Shown: in pieces, positions 12,135-23,600 of the stretch
Layout: each line of letters opens with the position of its first letter
Numbering within the stretch: position 1 is the first letter of the stretch
Source: Iphione sp. A-MEVVRFRX5
Lineage: Eukaryota
Reading direction: 5' to 3'
Assembly (NCBI GenBank): GCA_976226885.1
Contig: OZ320321.1
Coordinates: forward strand, 25,606,001-25,670,000
Length of the DNA stretch: 64,000 bases
Program-made: the position numbers and the translations under genes
Notes under the pieces: generated by a model
What the model was told of the DNA's origin: nothing
The model's input: only the letters and a program-made list of their open reading frames with translations
Database searches by the model: none

Positions 12135-12614
12135 CAGTTCCCGCAGAGTGCACTCGGGAACAAGGACATTTTCTTTAGTAGCTTCGTCGATACGCCAGGG
12201 GATCAATGTATATATTTGGTAACAATGTCAAGATCGAAACCCCAACGTAATTTAGACGATAAATGAACGACCAGAAAAGCAACTAGAACATGCTAGAGTC
12301 AATATACGATAGCACAACCACAAGGTTGGTAGGGACAACATAATTAAGCGCGGGTAGTGGAGGTCAGATTAAGGTCATTATGAAAGGCATCACTATGTCA
12401 TGTCAATTCTGTCGTTGTCCAACGTCTTGAGTTGAATAAACCAATTTTTACATATTTACATTGGACCTCTATCATTTAGTGGCTTATCTATCCACACGTC
12501 CCTCCTTGGATAATTCAATAGCTGTTTCTTTGTGAGAGTTTAGTACTCACGGATACCATTTATTAAGACATTTTCTGGCGTACCAACACCAACTGTGTAT
12601 ACACCATACTGCAG

Positions 12615-12770
12615 GCGTATCTCCTCAACATCCCCAGCTGGGACTGGAAACGCGGAGACGATGCTGTCTGTTTGGCGGAACTGAAACTAGGCTTTGTTGC
12701 GCAGAGCTGCCTCGCCCCGGGTTTCTCCACCCTGATGGCTAACCTCTTCACCATGCGCTCTTACAAAACG
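12615..12770 (+). CDS. KCNMA1: Slo1 exon, RCK1 ([52 protein letters not shown])
   Basis: ctgcag acceptor, ACG|GTGAGT donor, 156 nt; M513/R514 equivalents. Confidence 0.97.
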
Positions 12771-14032
12771 GTGAGTACACATTAAGAGACACAGCCCCAG
12801 TTTTTTTATATTCTGAGTACTTCCTCAGAACAACAGACTTCAGAAGAGTCGGTAGATGTTTACATATTATGCCACCGTGAAAACGTTTCCTATAATGAAT
12901 GTATCAAGGATCAGGATCTGCAAGTTCTATTCACGAGTATTGAACACAGAAGCTTAGGAAAAGTATTTGAATAATATTGTTTCACATTTATGGCTATGTC
13001 ATGAAAAGAATATGTAGCAATTCCTAATTAGTATGCTACAGTGTGCATAATGATGTATACGTAAGGGGTAAACCATGTTGATTGGGTGGACATATAGAAA
13101 CACATAGGTACAAAGACTATGTTAGTCATAATGTCGATCTTTTATACAATTTATATCCCATGGATGACTTTGATTATATTCCATGGATTACATGGATTTA
13201 ATTAAACAATTCTTGTTTTTGTAGGAATTTACGAGAAATACTTAATTTTAGCAAAATTGGACTAAACATCGAAAATATTAGACTGAAATTACTAAGTTTT
13301 ATGCTACAAAGGATTGATATCTCATTTATCCTCGACCGAATGAGAAAAATTATGATAGGGGAGGGTAATTTTACTTGAAGCTGATACATAGCAGGATGTA
13401 TCTTGAAATTATATAGAAACATAGTCAAGTCCTCTATTACCCAGATCTGGTATCAATTCGGACTGTCCGAGTCCTGCTGTGAGTTCTGTTTGTTTCACAC
13501 TTAAACATCATGTACACCAATGATGCCCCTTCGTTCTCATGGTGCTGATATCAACCCATTTCACACCAACATGACCATCAGCCATCTCAAAATAAGAGAC
13601 AATATGAATTCGGTCACATTTTACATTGCAAGTTCGGTGAGAGATTAACAGGATGTTTTTGTCCCACACCTTCTAAAGTGGGTCACTCATACAATAATTG
13701 CCGTCAAAACATGAAAGCGATACTTATAGTATCTTTACTTTCATAACCATTTTGCACAAGTATACCAAGCTATTTATATGCATGAGGAAACTCAAACAGA
13801 AAGACTTTCAGTCTGATCAAACAAAACTTAACTACCCCACCTCCAAAAAGGTGTCGGCCATTTGGCTCAGCCTTCCAGAAGGTGATGAGCTAGGATGTGG
13901 AGTATCAACTCTCTATCCAGTGCTTTAAGGGAGCTTTGATGGAGACGTTTTGGTTGGAAAAAAGTCTTTACAATATGCACCATGTTCCTGTGGAGTGATT
14001 TTTAACAACTACCTTTCTCCTATTCTACATAG

Positions 14033-14047
14033 AGGAGCTTTAAGCAG
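14033..14047 (+). CDS. Candidate 15-nt cassette micro-exon (RSFKQ)
   Basis: Long pyrimidine tract ending ctacatag, CAG|GTTTGT donor, phase 0-0 like the host intron; no RNA evidence. Confidence 0.3.
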
Positions 14048-14093
14048 GTTTGTCAAATCCTAATCTAAATGAAGTCTTGGCTATTGCCTGCAG

Positions 14094-14147
14094 GCAACCC
14101 GTGCAGAAATTATCTGGAACGCTATTCTCTCAGTGCCTTCCTACCAG
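14094..14147 (+). CDS. Candidate 54-nt cassette exon (ATRAEIIWNAILSVPSYQ)
   Basis: gcctgcag acceptor, CAG|GTATAC donor, phase 0-0, open frame. Confidence 0.3.
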
Positions 14148-15074
14148 GTATACCGTTGGATGCTCTTGTAATATTGCATTGATAACAGCCACAAAAATAA
14201 TGCATATTTACAGTTTAGAATTCTAACAATCAAACAAGGTGAAAAGTGGACATCATCATTTCACTTCATTATAACACAACATACAATTATATCAGACTTG
14301 GTGAAAAATCAACATACCTTCGGATTTCTCTCACAAAAATTGGATGCCCGGACAAGCATCCGTATGCATTGCCTAGAATTTGTCCTACATGGTGTGGAAC
14401 AACAAAATTGTTTTCACCAACACTGATATAGCATACACGTACATTTACTCAGCCAAATATTTTCCTTTCTGATGCTTGGTACTTCCTCGGTACTATTTTG
14501 AATATTAGTTGTTTTAATTTCGTAATGTGGGTTAGTACGGTTTCTTCACATATATTTTGTTTAAGTTTATTCCGACATTAATACTAGGCCTCATCATTTA
14601 TCTGTATGTGAATAATAGGTGGAAGAGGTAAGTCTTTAAGTCTAATACAAGATGTAAGACTATCTTTTCCTTTTGCATTCCTGCTCTTAGCAGGTTTCCA
14701 TGGCAAGAGTTTTTTTCCTTTAGATAATAAACTAAAGTACTTATATTTTGTTACGTATAAATAAGAATAATGGAAATTTTCCAAAACGTAAAATTAATGT
14801 TTTTTGTTGAATTATAAACTAATTCCTTTATATTTATTTCGACACTAAACCAGTTTTATACCAGTTTTATACATTGGATGCATCATATTTTTTTTGGTTC
14901 TGTATTCATTGTAGTCAGGTTTTTACAAAGCCCTACATGCTATCCAGCATTTAAAGGTACTATATGAGGCCTCTAAGATGAGTTAAGATGTATTAGACTG
15001 AAGGACAAAATGATGCACGCATAGGAAATAACAAGTTGATAAGAAAGTAGATCAAGAGGAGCAAGACTACTCTC

Positions 15075-15310
15075 AATCATGCAGTTGCCCTATCGCTGGT
15101 AGGCTTGGACATTGTCCAAATTTATGACGCATTCAATCACTGGAGCCACTAGAAACCTTTCTTAGTTACAGACCCTTGCTGAATAGAGAAACCTTGTTAA
15201 TAGCTAGGAGATTTGGGAAGGCATAACTAGGGCTAACAGGCTTCCGCATGCAATGAAATGTGAAGGGTAGACATTGTCCAAGCCTAACAGCGTTGTGACA
15301 ATTGCTGATT
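15075..15310. mobile_element. Degenerate MITE or hairpin with imperfect inverted arms of about 40 bp
   Basis: cgctggtaggcttggacattgtc versus gacattgtccaagcctaacagcg. Confidence 0.6.
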
Positions 15311-16755
15311 CACGCGATAAAGCACAATGCAGCTTAACCTGCGACAGGGCTCTTCTTACCACACCTGTCGTGCTACGTTCGTGCCTTATAACGTAAGTCG
15401 GCAATTGGCAAACTCTTACCTGTAGCATTCTAGTTTTCCACTGAATAACTACAGCTCAAGGTACTCCCTTATTTTCCTTTTTCTCTTTAAACTAAAGGTG
15501 CCTTCTCTGTTTTTCTATCCTGAGGTATGATCCTTTCCGAATGAGATGGGTATCTAATATATAACACAGACAAACAAATCTTGATTCACTATAAACGTGA
15601 CTTCATTAATACAGTTTTTTGTTGGTACATATTTATAAACTGTTTGAAAATTGGAACCGTAAAGGAGGAAATGTATAGATATATGTATATAATGTACACA
15701 AGGGAAATGCTACTTGGCACACTAACCCACTTTGTCGTGAATTACATGCACACACGTACAAAAATTGTATATACAAATCAAGCAATCAGTTGTGTGAACA
15801 ATGATAAGACGGAATAATCCCATATCTGGTGGTGTGATGTTGATTGAATCCGGAAGGAGAGAAGATAATTAATCCTAGTTGCAATTGGCAGTTGTCTGCT
15901 TTACTGCATATATCCTATATTGAATCATGAGCATTATATCTCAGGCTAAACTGCGTACGATCTTTCAGCAATGATATATATAGTTATATGTATGTATATA
16001 TAAACACTAAAACAGTTCTGTCACACATGTACGGCGCTACTTGAAGTCACTCTTCAATTATGTACTCGGCCAAATTGTGGACCATTCTCCTCATAACTGT
16101 GCATTCGTAAATTGATAAAAGGATTATAACTTCCCTATGACCCTGAGTCTTGTGGCACCTTGTAAGTGCATACATAAGCCGAATAAAAGTGACATGATTG
16201 TGCACTATGGCTAAGTGAATGAGTATTCTAATTTATGGTGCTTACAGTTTTATCAAGCTAAACTGTTGGAAGAATAATCGAACGGAATGCTATACTCATA
16301 TGTATTTCATTTAAGGCGTAATGGTATAGTCTTGCTTGTCAAGAGGGACCATCATTTATAGATAACAGTATTTGTAGTCTCTGAAGACACATGTACATTG
16401 CATAGTTTTATAACAGTACTGAACAGCATGGCATAAGCTGATATTTATCTCATATGCAACTTCGACGATTAAATACAGTACTTACTGTTGTACGGAATAA
16501 GGTGATATTTAGCACAAATCTTAATGATTTTAATGTAGAGTGTTAAATCCACATGGCAACCTCAATGATTTGATATACTTTTTAACCATATTGTGGGATT
16601 AGCTGGTGTCTAAACCATTTGTAACTTTATGTTACTTTTTACTTACAGTGATTAATAAGTAACCGATACGTGTGTTTTCCTTGGTTTTGTTTTCATACAT
16701 GACATTTATATAATGAAATGTGGCGATCTAAGATGCTTGCCTATGCTTTTACCAG

Positions 16756-16788
16756 TTCTTGAAGAAGAAGATGAGGAAATTTAAGAGG
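16756..16788 (+). CDS. Candidate 33-nt polybasic cassette exon (FLKKKMRKFKR)
   Basis: ttgcctatgcttttaccag acceptor, AGG|GTAACT donor, phase 0-0, GAAGAAGAAG enhancer-like core. Confidence 0.45.
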
Positions 16789-18039
16789 GTAACTGCAGCC
16801 TTTCCCCAAAAGGCCCTGAATGATGTTCTACTTCATATATATTCCCTTGATTGACTCCTGCCCTCCCTCTTTCACTCACTACAAAAGCATTTGAATAATG
16901 ATGTGTGAAACGCAAAGCAAACTCTGCACTAGGCTTTTTGATCCTTCCACAAATATTACGCAAGAGACCCTCCAAATATTCACTTAAGTACACGATGCCT
17001 GCCACATGCTTGTATAGTACTGATTTTTCTGATTTTGCACCTATGGTACAAACCGTTTTCTCAAGGAATTAGAATTTTCCGAAAAGAAAGTGTCCAGTTC
17101 TCTTTGGAAAGCATTTGTTAAATTCTAAAGTGTCCAATCCATTTTTTCCAGAAAATACTTCAGGTCAGGTTTTCCCCTAATTGTTTTCTGACAACACTTA
17201 TCAGGTGGTGACTGTGAAGTAGACTCACTTGTCCTCCTTCCCTCTATGCATCAGTGAAGACGGAATCTCATTGTTAAAGCCCTTTTCAACAAGATCTTTA
17301 TGATCAAAAAAAAGATAACATCTATATATATATAAGCTCCTGTACTCTCTTAGCTTGCATAGATAGTATCCATTTCGTTGCTATTTGCTATTCCATGACT
17401 GAACTTTCCAACTTGGGAAGAGCCTTGTGAGAACAGAGAGCCGATTCGGTCTGTCCGAGTCTTGCTGTTAGTCCTGTCTGTTATATTTGTATATCGTTGG
17501 ATGCTTCCATAATATCCTTCTCAACCAGGGCATGCTTTATGGACGAAGTAGCCAACTTAGAGTTTTATTTTTATGTTAATCTTTCTTTTGAATTAGACGT
17601 TTTCATCCCTGGCATGGCTTACTTGTCACTTGATAATTTCACGAGCATTACCAGTTTTTCTTTCAATTCATTTACAAAAAAAAAATCACATCACGATAGC
17701 GTGAGTTTTTAAGGTTTCCCTTGCCCTAAGTAGCCTCACTAACTTCAGATACTAGTATTTAGTATTATAGTACAAGCATCACCATTGTGCCAACTTAGTT
17801 CACAATTTTGCTGTACATTATTTTTTTATCACCGCATCCCTATAAACACTAACATGCAAGATTTAATTAATACTACAATCATTTCTATTCCTTTGACCCG
17901 TGGGATGCTCTCCCCTTACCCATCCCTGAACCAAAGCCGTTAGCTTACGTCTCTGTTAAGGGTTGAGCAGTGTGGAGCGATTTGAGTCGTTATGAGCAGA
18001 TTGGAGTTGCTTATGGTTCTGTGTTCGGTGTTCCTTCAG

Positions 18040-18152
18040 TCGCCAGACATGCCTCAATGGCAGAACGACTACATGCGTGGGACGGGCATGGAGATGTACA
18101 CAGAGTACCTATCACCTGCCTTCGTAGGAATGACGTTCCCAGAGGCGGCTGA
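18040..18152 (+). CDS. KCNMA1: Slo1 exon, RCK1 ([38 protein letters not shown])
   Basis: ccttcag acceptor, TGA|GTAAGT donor, 113 nt; E535 equivalent. Confidence 0.97.
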
Positions 18153-19093
18153 GTAAGTACATAATGATAAAAAAAAATATCATGTAATTTATTTCATAGC
18201 TTTTGCTCTATAGTGTTCCGAGTGCATTCTGCTAGGTTTGTGATATTCCATGATATTCTGCTCAATGTTTACCATACCACAATGATATCTGTAATAACTG
18301 TCCAAATTATAGTGTCAGTTTATACTTAATCTTATTCTCACATTTCTCGCCGATTTGTATTCCGGCTGGTACTTCAGGTTACTATTCATTCAAAGTTGTG
18401 TAGATGAGGCACTGATTGCATAATCCATTTTATGTAAAGGTCCATCTTTGACACATCAATGGTGCATATTATATGTGTTCGTGTCAATGTGTGTATCCGT
18501 GGTCGAAATAAAGTTTTTTTTCCTCATCATTTGAGAGATGTAATTGACAGATTGGGGCAGGGATGTGAGATTCATAGTCTGATCACTTCACAATCGTGAC
18601 AAAATTGCTGTATGACCAACTCATAGCACGACCAGCTCAGATTTTCCCATCTTACCACATGCCATCTACAAATGCTTATTTCTAGGGTTTTTCGTACGTT
18701 TTAACCACTTGAGAAGACTTACATTATTTGTACATTACTATGAGGGTAAATAAAGAACTAAACAAATGCCTATTATTCTATACATTTGTAAAATTTCGTG
18801 CAGGACCTCAGGGGTTATATAGGTCATGTAAGATTGATAGGGCTAGTAAGCAATGGTGCAAGTTGACAGTGGTATGAGTCCTTAATGGTGCAAGTTGGTG
18901 GTGGTATGACCAATAGCGTGCTCAGGTTCACTTTATAAAAGCACAAGACGGTTATGTGGGATATCATTATGCTCTTGGAGAGAGAAATATTTTCGAGTAG
19001 TAGTGGTATAGAGCAGATATTATGTCTAAGCTAAACATGTACAGGGTAAGTTTTACAAGGAATCCAGAAAACAGCTTAGAAAAAGATAGAAAT

Positions 19094-19316
19094 GGTCAAT
19101 ACCACCAAAAAGTGTACCACCTGTATTCTCCGGGAATGCTAAAAGCTACAGGAAGGAATTATGTTATAACAATCAAAATATTAGTACAGACTCCTGATGT
19201 CCCCCAGACCTAGCAACACCAAAGAAGATTTAAGATATGACGTTCAACCCTAAATTTCACTCAAAAAAGGCCATCCCGGAGAATGCATTCTGGTACACTT
19301 TTTGGTGGAGTTGACC
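19094..19316. mobile_element. MITE with TIRs of about 45 bp
   Basis: ggtcaataccaccaaaaagtgtacca...tattctccggga versus tcccggagaatg...tggtacactttttggtggagttgacc. Confidence 0.8.
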
Positions 19317-19417
19317 AAATTCACGTTGAAATAGGATCAGAAAGAGGTGGTGCAGGCAGAATATGACCCGTGTTGTGCAGTTACACCAACCCTGATCTAG
19401 TTGACACTTTCCTTCAG

Positions 19418-19576
19418 AATGTGCTTCCTCAAATTAAAACTTCTGCTGATCGCTATTGAGGCCCGAAGTGAGGACGGAAGTGAGAGTTGTATTGCTATCA
19501 ATCCGGGTCCGAACATCAAGATTGACTCTAACACACAAGGCTTCTTCATTGCCCAGTCAGCAGATGAGGTCAAAAG
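19418..19576 (+). CDS. KCNMA1: Slo1 exon, RCK1 end ([53 protein letters not shown])
   Basis: ccttcag acceptor, AAG|GTTAGT donor, 159 nt. Confidence 0.97.
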
Positions 19577-19862
19577 GTTAGTAAAAACTGAGGGGAAAAT
19601 CTGTCCCGCTGCAAAAAGACAGAACATCGATTGATCTAGCATGTCTGCAATACTGCTTGTTAGTAATATATTGAAACTACATTACTACAGCTGAAACATC
19701 AAGTAAATCTGAATTATTGAAACTACATTATTAGGGGCTGAAATATGAAGCAAATCTGATGGATACTGACACAGCGATAGCATAGGATTTGATTTGTAGT
19801 GTGAGTCTTCCACATAACTCCATTTTGTCTTTTTTTACTGACTTTTTTTTATCAACTTGCAG

Positions 19863-19939
19863 AGCGTGTTATTACTGCAAACAATGTCACGGCGACATTG
19901 TCGACGTCAGAGCTATAAAGAAATGTCGATGTAAAACAT
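19863..19939 (+). CDS. KCNMA1: Slo1 exon with heme-binding motif (ACYYCKQCHGDIVDVRAIKKCRCKT)
   Basis: ttgcag acceptor, CAT|GTGAGT donor, 77 nt; CxxCH. Confidence 0.96.
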
Positions 19940-20521
19940 GTGAGTATGAAACATTCGGCCTACTGCGCAAAATCATTATAGATCTGCTTTATATAGCTGT
20001 AAAATAAAACCAAAACGGCATGACTATGGACGGGGGCTTAATGCAACAGCACCATATTATCACATTGTTTTCCAGCATGTATTTTCACTGCAACTTTTGA
20101 TAAATAGTCTTGTGCTACCCACGCATTATCTGGACTTACTTCTAGTAGGATTTGATTTTTATCATAGTCTCCTGGAGGAACAATTTTGGTCTAATTTTAG
20201 TCTTTGAGTATAGTCGAATTTCAAAGGTGGACAGATGTTTGATACAACAAATAAATGTATTTTTAAAAAAGATACTGAAAGATATAAAAGAAATTATTCA
20301 AGTTTTCTGCGTTCCTCTGGAAGCTTTCTTTTCCTGTACATTTTGCTAAATGATTTGTCAAAGACTTTTCTTTCAATTCTTCTGTGTCATCACCGTTTTC
20401 CCTCTTTGTCTCCCAACACTTTCTTACAAGTTTCTATTTATTCATAAACCTGCACTATTCTTTTCTGTTTCTCTCTATGTCTCTTTCAGTATCCACTGAA
20501 CTATCACTACCTGACCTCGCG

Positions 20522-20529
<8 letters not shown>

Positions 20530-20588
<59 letters not shown>

Positions 20589-20606
20589 CCTCTCTCTCTC
20601 TCTCCC
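20530..20606. repeat. (CT)n microsatellite
   Basis: About 28 perfect CT units plus a degenerate tail. Confidence 0.97.
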
Positions 20607-23600
20607 TCCCCCCAAATCTATCGACCTAACTTTCGTTACCTGAAACCATTTCTAAACATTTTTGCTCTCTGTTAGACTATTGTTTCAGTTCCAAGCTTAT
20701 ACACTCCGTGTTCGTTATCAACTGTGCTAAATTTCCGTTCTATATTCAATGATTGACACAGGCTTAGGAATCATTTTATGCATAGCCTGCTCATTCAGAG
20801 ATATGTTTGATGACTATATTTTCGATGTTTTCACAAATACAATTTGCTTCTGTCTCCGTGTGACGAAATGCTTTTCTCATTTGTGAAATGAGTGCTTTGT
20901 TGTATACTTAAAGTTCACTTCACTATTTCGATTTAAGTTTACGGAAATGGCAAAGGTACTTTAGATTCATTTTAGTTCAATGTTATCTTTGTTTATGGTC
21001 CTTGTTTGTAGATCGTCCCACATATGATTTTCTGTTCCATGCTTATCAGTCGTAGCAAAATATGGTGGCTATTTTATCATCATCGGTGTCCATATTGTGG
21101 ATTCTTATGTGTACGTTTGTGTTTTGTCATATATTATGTAACACGTCTGTGTCAATAACCATATTTTTATGCATATTGCAATTCAGAAAGTTCTGACACC
21201 ATCATCACTGGATATTCACCAGGGATTATCAGTGTTCAGTAACCTAGTATAAGTAGCAAATGCTAACATTGCAAAGGTTTAAATAGTGCAACGTACCAGT
21301 CCACGCTGCATATAAAAGGGCATGGATATTGTAGTTAGAGATTATATCAAAGTCCTTTCTTCAGTATTTAAGATTTGCTGTCCTGCAGACTAGTAAAAAG
21401 GAGGGCGGTGTATCCTGCAGACTTTAGATTACATGAATGTCATTAACTAGACTGGGCCCATGGAAAAACTATTAACATATTCGGCTTACTGAACTGGATG
21501 CAAATGTCTTTCGTAAGTATCGGTCAGTAATTGCAGTCCATAAAGCTTAAGGTAACTGCAGCATAACCGAAAAATGAATCAAATTTACAATTTATAATCT
21601 GACTCAAAGTACAGTAGTACGCTACGTGCACATACCTCATTTATATATTCGACTCCTCTTCTGTTTGCAAGGTGGAAACATAAGTGCTTAGAAATGTATA
21701 CAGATATAGATAAACTATTTGTATTCTTCAGAAATCAACAGTATATACACAGTCTATCACCCAAGCCAGTTACGCATTTAGTGAAATGTCCACTTTGGAA
21801 AGCATCACCGCATCGAACAAAATCAATATTATCAAGGAGATGATTTCCTGGAAGGACGTCGTTCCTTGCAATGGATACAAATTTATACCTAATAATTAAT
21901 GGTCTGCCCAAGAAATCACTCGTTCCAGGGAATAAAACATCCCTACGGTTGTCGTCAAGTAAATAGATGCTCATTGGCCTTAGATGAAAATTACTACTCT
22001 GCAGTATACGCCAACCTTCAGTTGTTGTCCTATGGACACTAAACAAATTGAACAATGACCCTTCAAACCTTTTAGTTCTCAAATAACAAGGTTCGGTGTT
22101 TTCACTTTGTCAGGTGTCACTGATAAATGCAACAAGAAACTTTCGAATTCCTATTCTCCTGGTTTGTTATGGATAAAGTTTCAATTATGAACAGAAGATA
22201 AATGATTTGTATCTGTAGAATAGTAAACTAATATGGGTAATCACTAGATGTGAAAGCACTTAAGGCATAAAACACATTTGGCATAGATATTATGACATTG
22301 GTGCAGTACCTTTTATTTAAAGAAAACTTTTAATGTAAGCTTGGTAATAGTGCTTAGGCATGTGTTTAATTAATAACAGTTAATTGTTTACCACAGGATT
22401 TAGTTCCCCAAATTCCTAAGATAAATATGCTAGCAATGTAGTAGACATGGTTATCTTTTGTTTGAAAATTACCCTAGATAATCTTTTGATTTTCTAGTGT
22501 AGGGAGTAGATATGTGTAACGTATTGTCTAGAAATGCACTCTGAATTAAAATAATCTTTACGTTACACAGCACAGTGCCCCATAGGATTATTTCATCTGT
22601 CGCCAAGTGTGTTTTATATATGTCATTATGGAACAAGTTTGGATCCTAAGGCTGTGCATGCGTGCAATTTACATGGTTACTAATGCGATATCTTACATAC
22701 AGTGACCGTCAGCACAACTGTCTTTGTAGTAAAGCCTTGTTGCTTTGAAGGTCAAAATGATCTTTTGACTGGCTGCATTGCCATTTCCAATCTAGTGCTA
22801 GGTGATCTAATCTGGCAGAACCAAAATTTTAAGGCCCGGATTCCTGGCCTTGCTGAACGAACCGGGGTACATGGTGCTCCACGCCAGAAACAATTCACAC
22901 CTTTGAAACGCACACCATACCCAACATGCAACCTAACCAACTTGTACTACTGTTAATTCGAAGACACAAAACCCTTAACCACTATATTGGCATGATGTGT
23001 AACAGCTTTGAAACAAATCCATCAGGAACTACAGGAACTAAAGGAGTGAAAAGATAACTTGGAGTGAGTTGTCAGTAGTATGAGTTGGTAATAGTACGAA
23101 TTATCCCAAATCCCTAGTAGGATTATCAAGGAAGATTCAACTGAACGTGTAAGCTGATCTGTTATTCCTCTTCAAATATTCTCCAGATTATCTCCGATTG
23201 CAGGGGTGTTCATCTAATTGCCCAATTAATGTCTTGCAAACGGTCATTTATGATTCATGTCAACTGAGGAACAGTATTGCATCATTTGCCTTCCAGGTGT
23301 TTTTTTTTCGTATGAGGCTGCACAAAAGTTTGTTCTGCATCAAATCAGTTGCAATCATTACAAATCCCTTGAATGTTCCCCGTGTGGAAACTTATTCCTT
23401 ACTTCAAAAATGAGCGTCTGCTTCCCCAAACTCTCTGTGTTGCGACCATGACTTAGTTATGCAAACTCTGTTATTTCGTTTCCGTTGGTTTGGTAAGTTT
23501 ATAATTATGGACTGTTCAATATGAAAACATTCATTCGTTACACGATAAATGTTACTCTCCAAAAATTGATCGGCTCTAGGGGTCCAATATGATTGGGTGC

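Noticed and set aside
15498-15524. 27-nt phase 0-0 segment VPSLFFYPE with GAG|GTATGA
   Set aside because: AAG acceptor, and the segment is itself a pyrimidine tract; consistent with chance.
20488-20629. Strong acceptor followed by STELSLPDLALPR(SL)n
   Set aside because: Runs into the CT microsatellite and a stop with no donor.
21451-21512. Open segment ending at a perfect GTAAGT donor
   Set aside because: Phase 1 to 0; no compatible downstream linker exon, weak acceptor.
21735-22082. 115-aa minus-strand ORF
   Set aside because: No recognisable motif or splice context; length within chance for this window.
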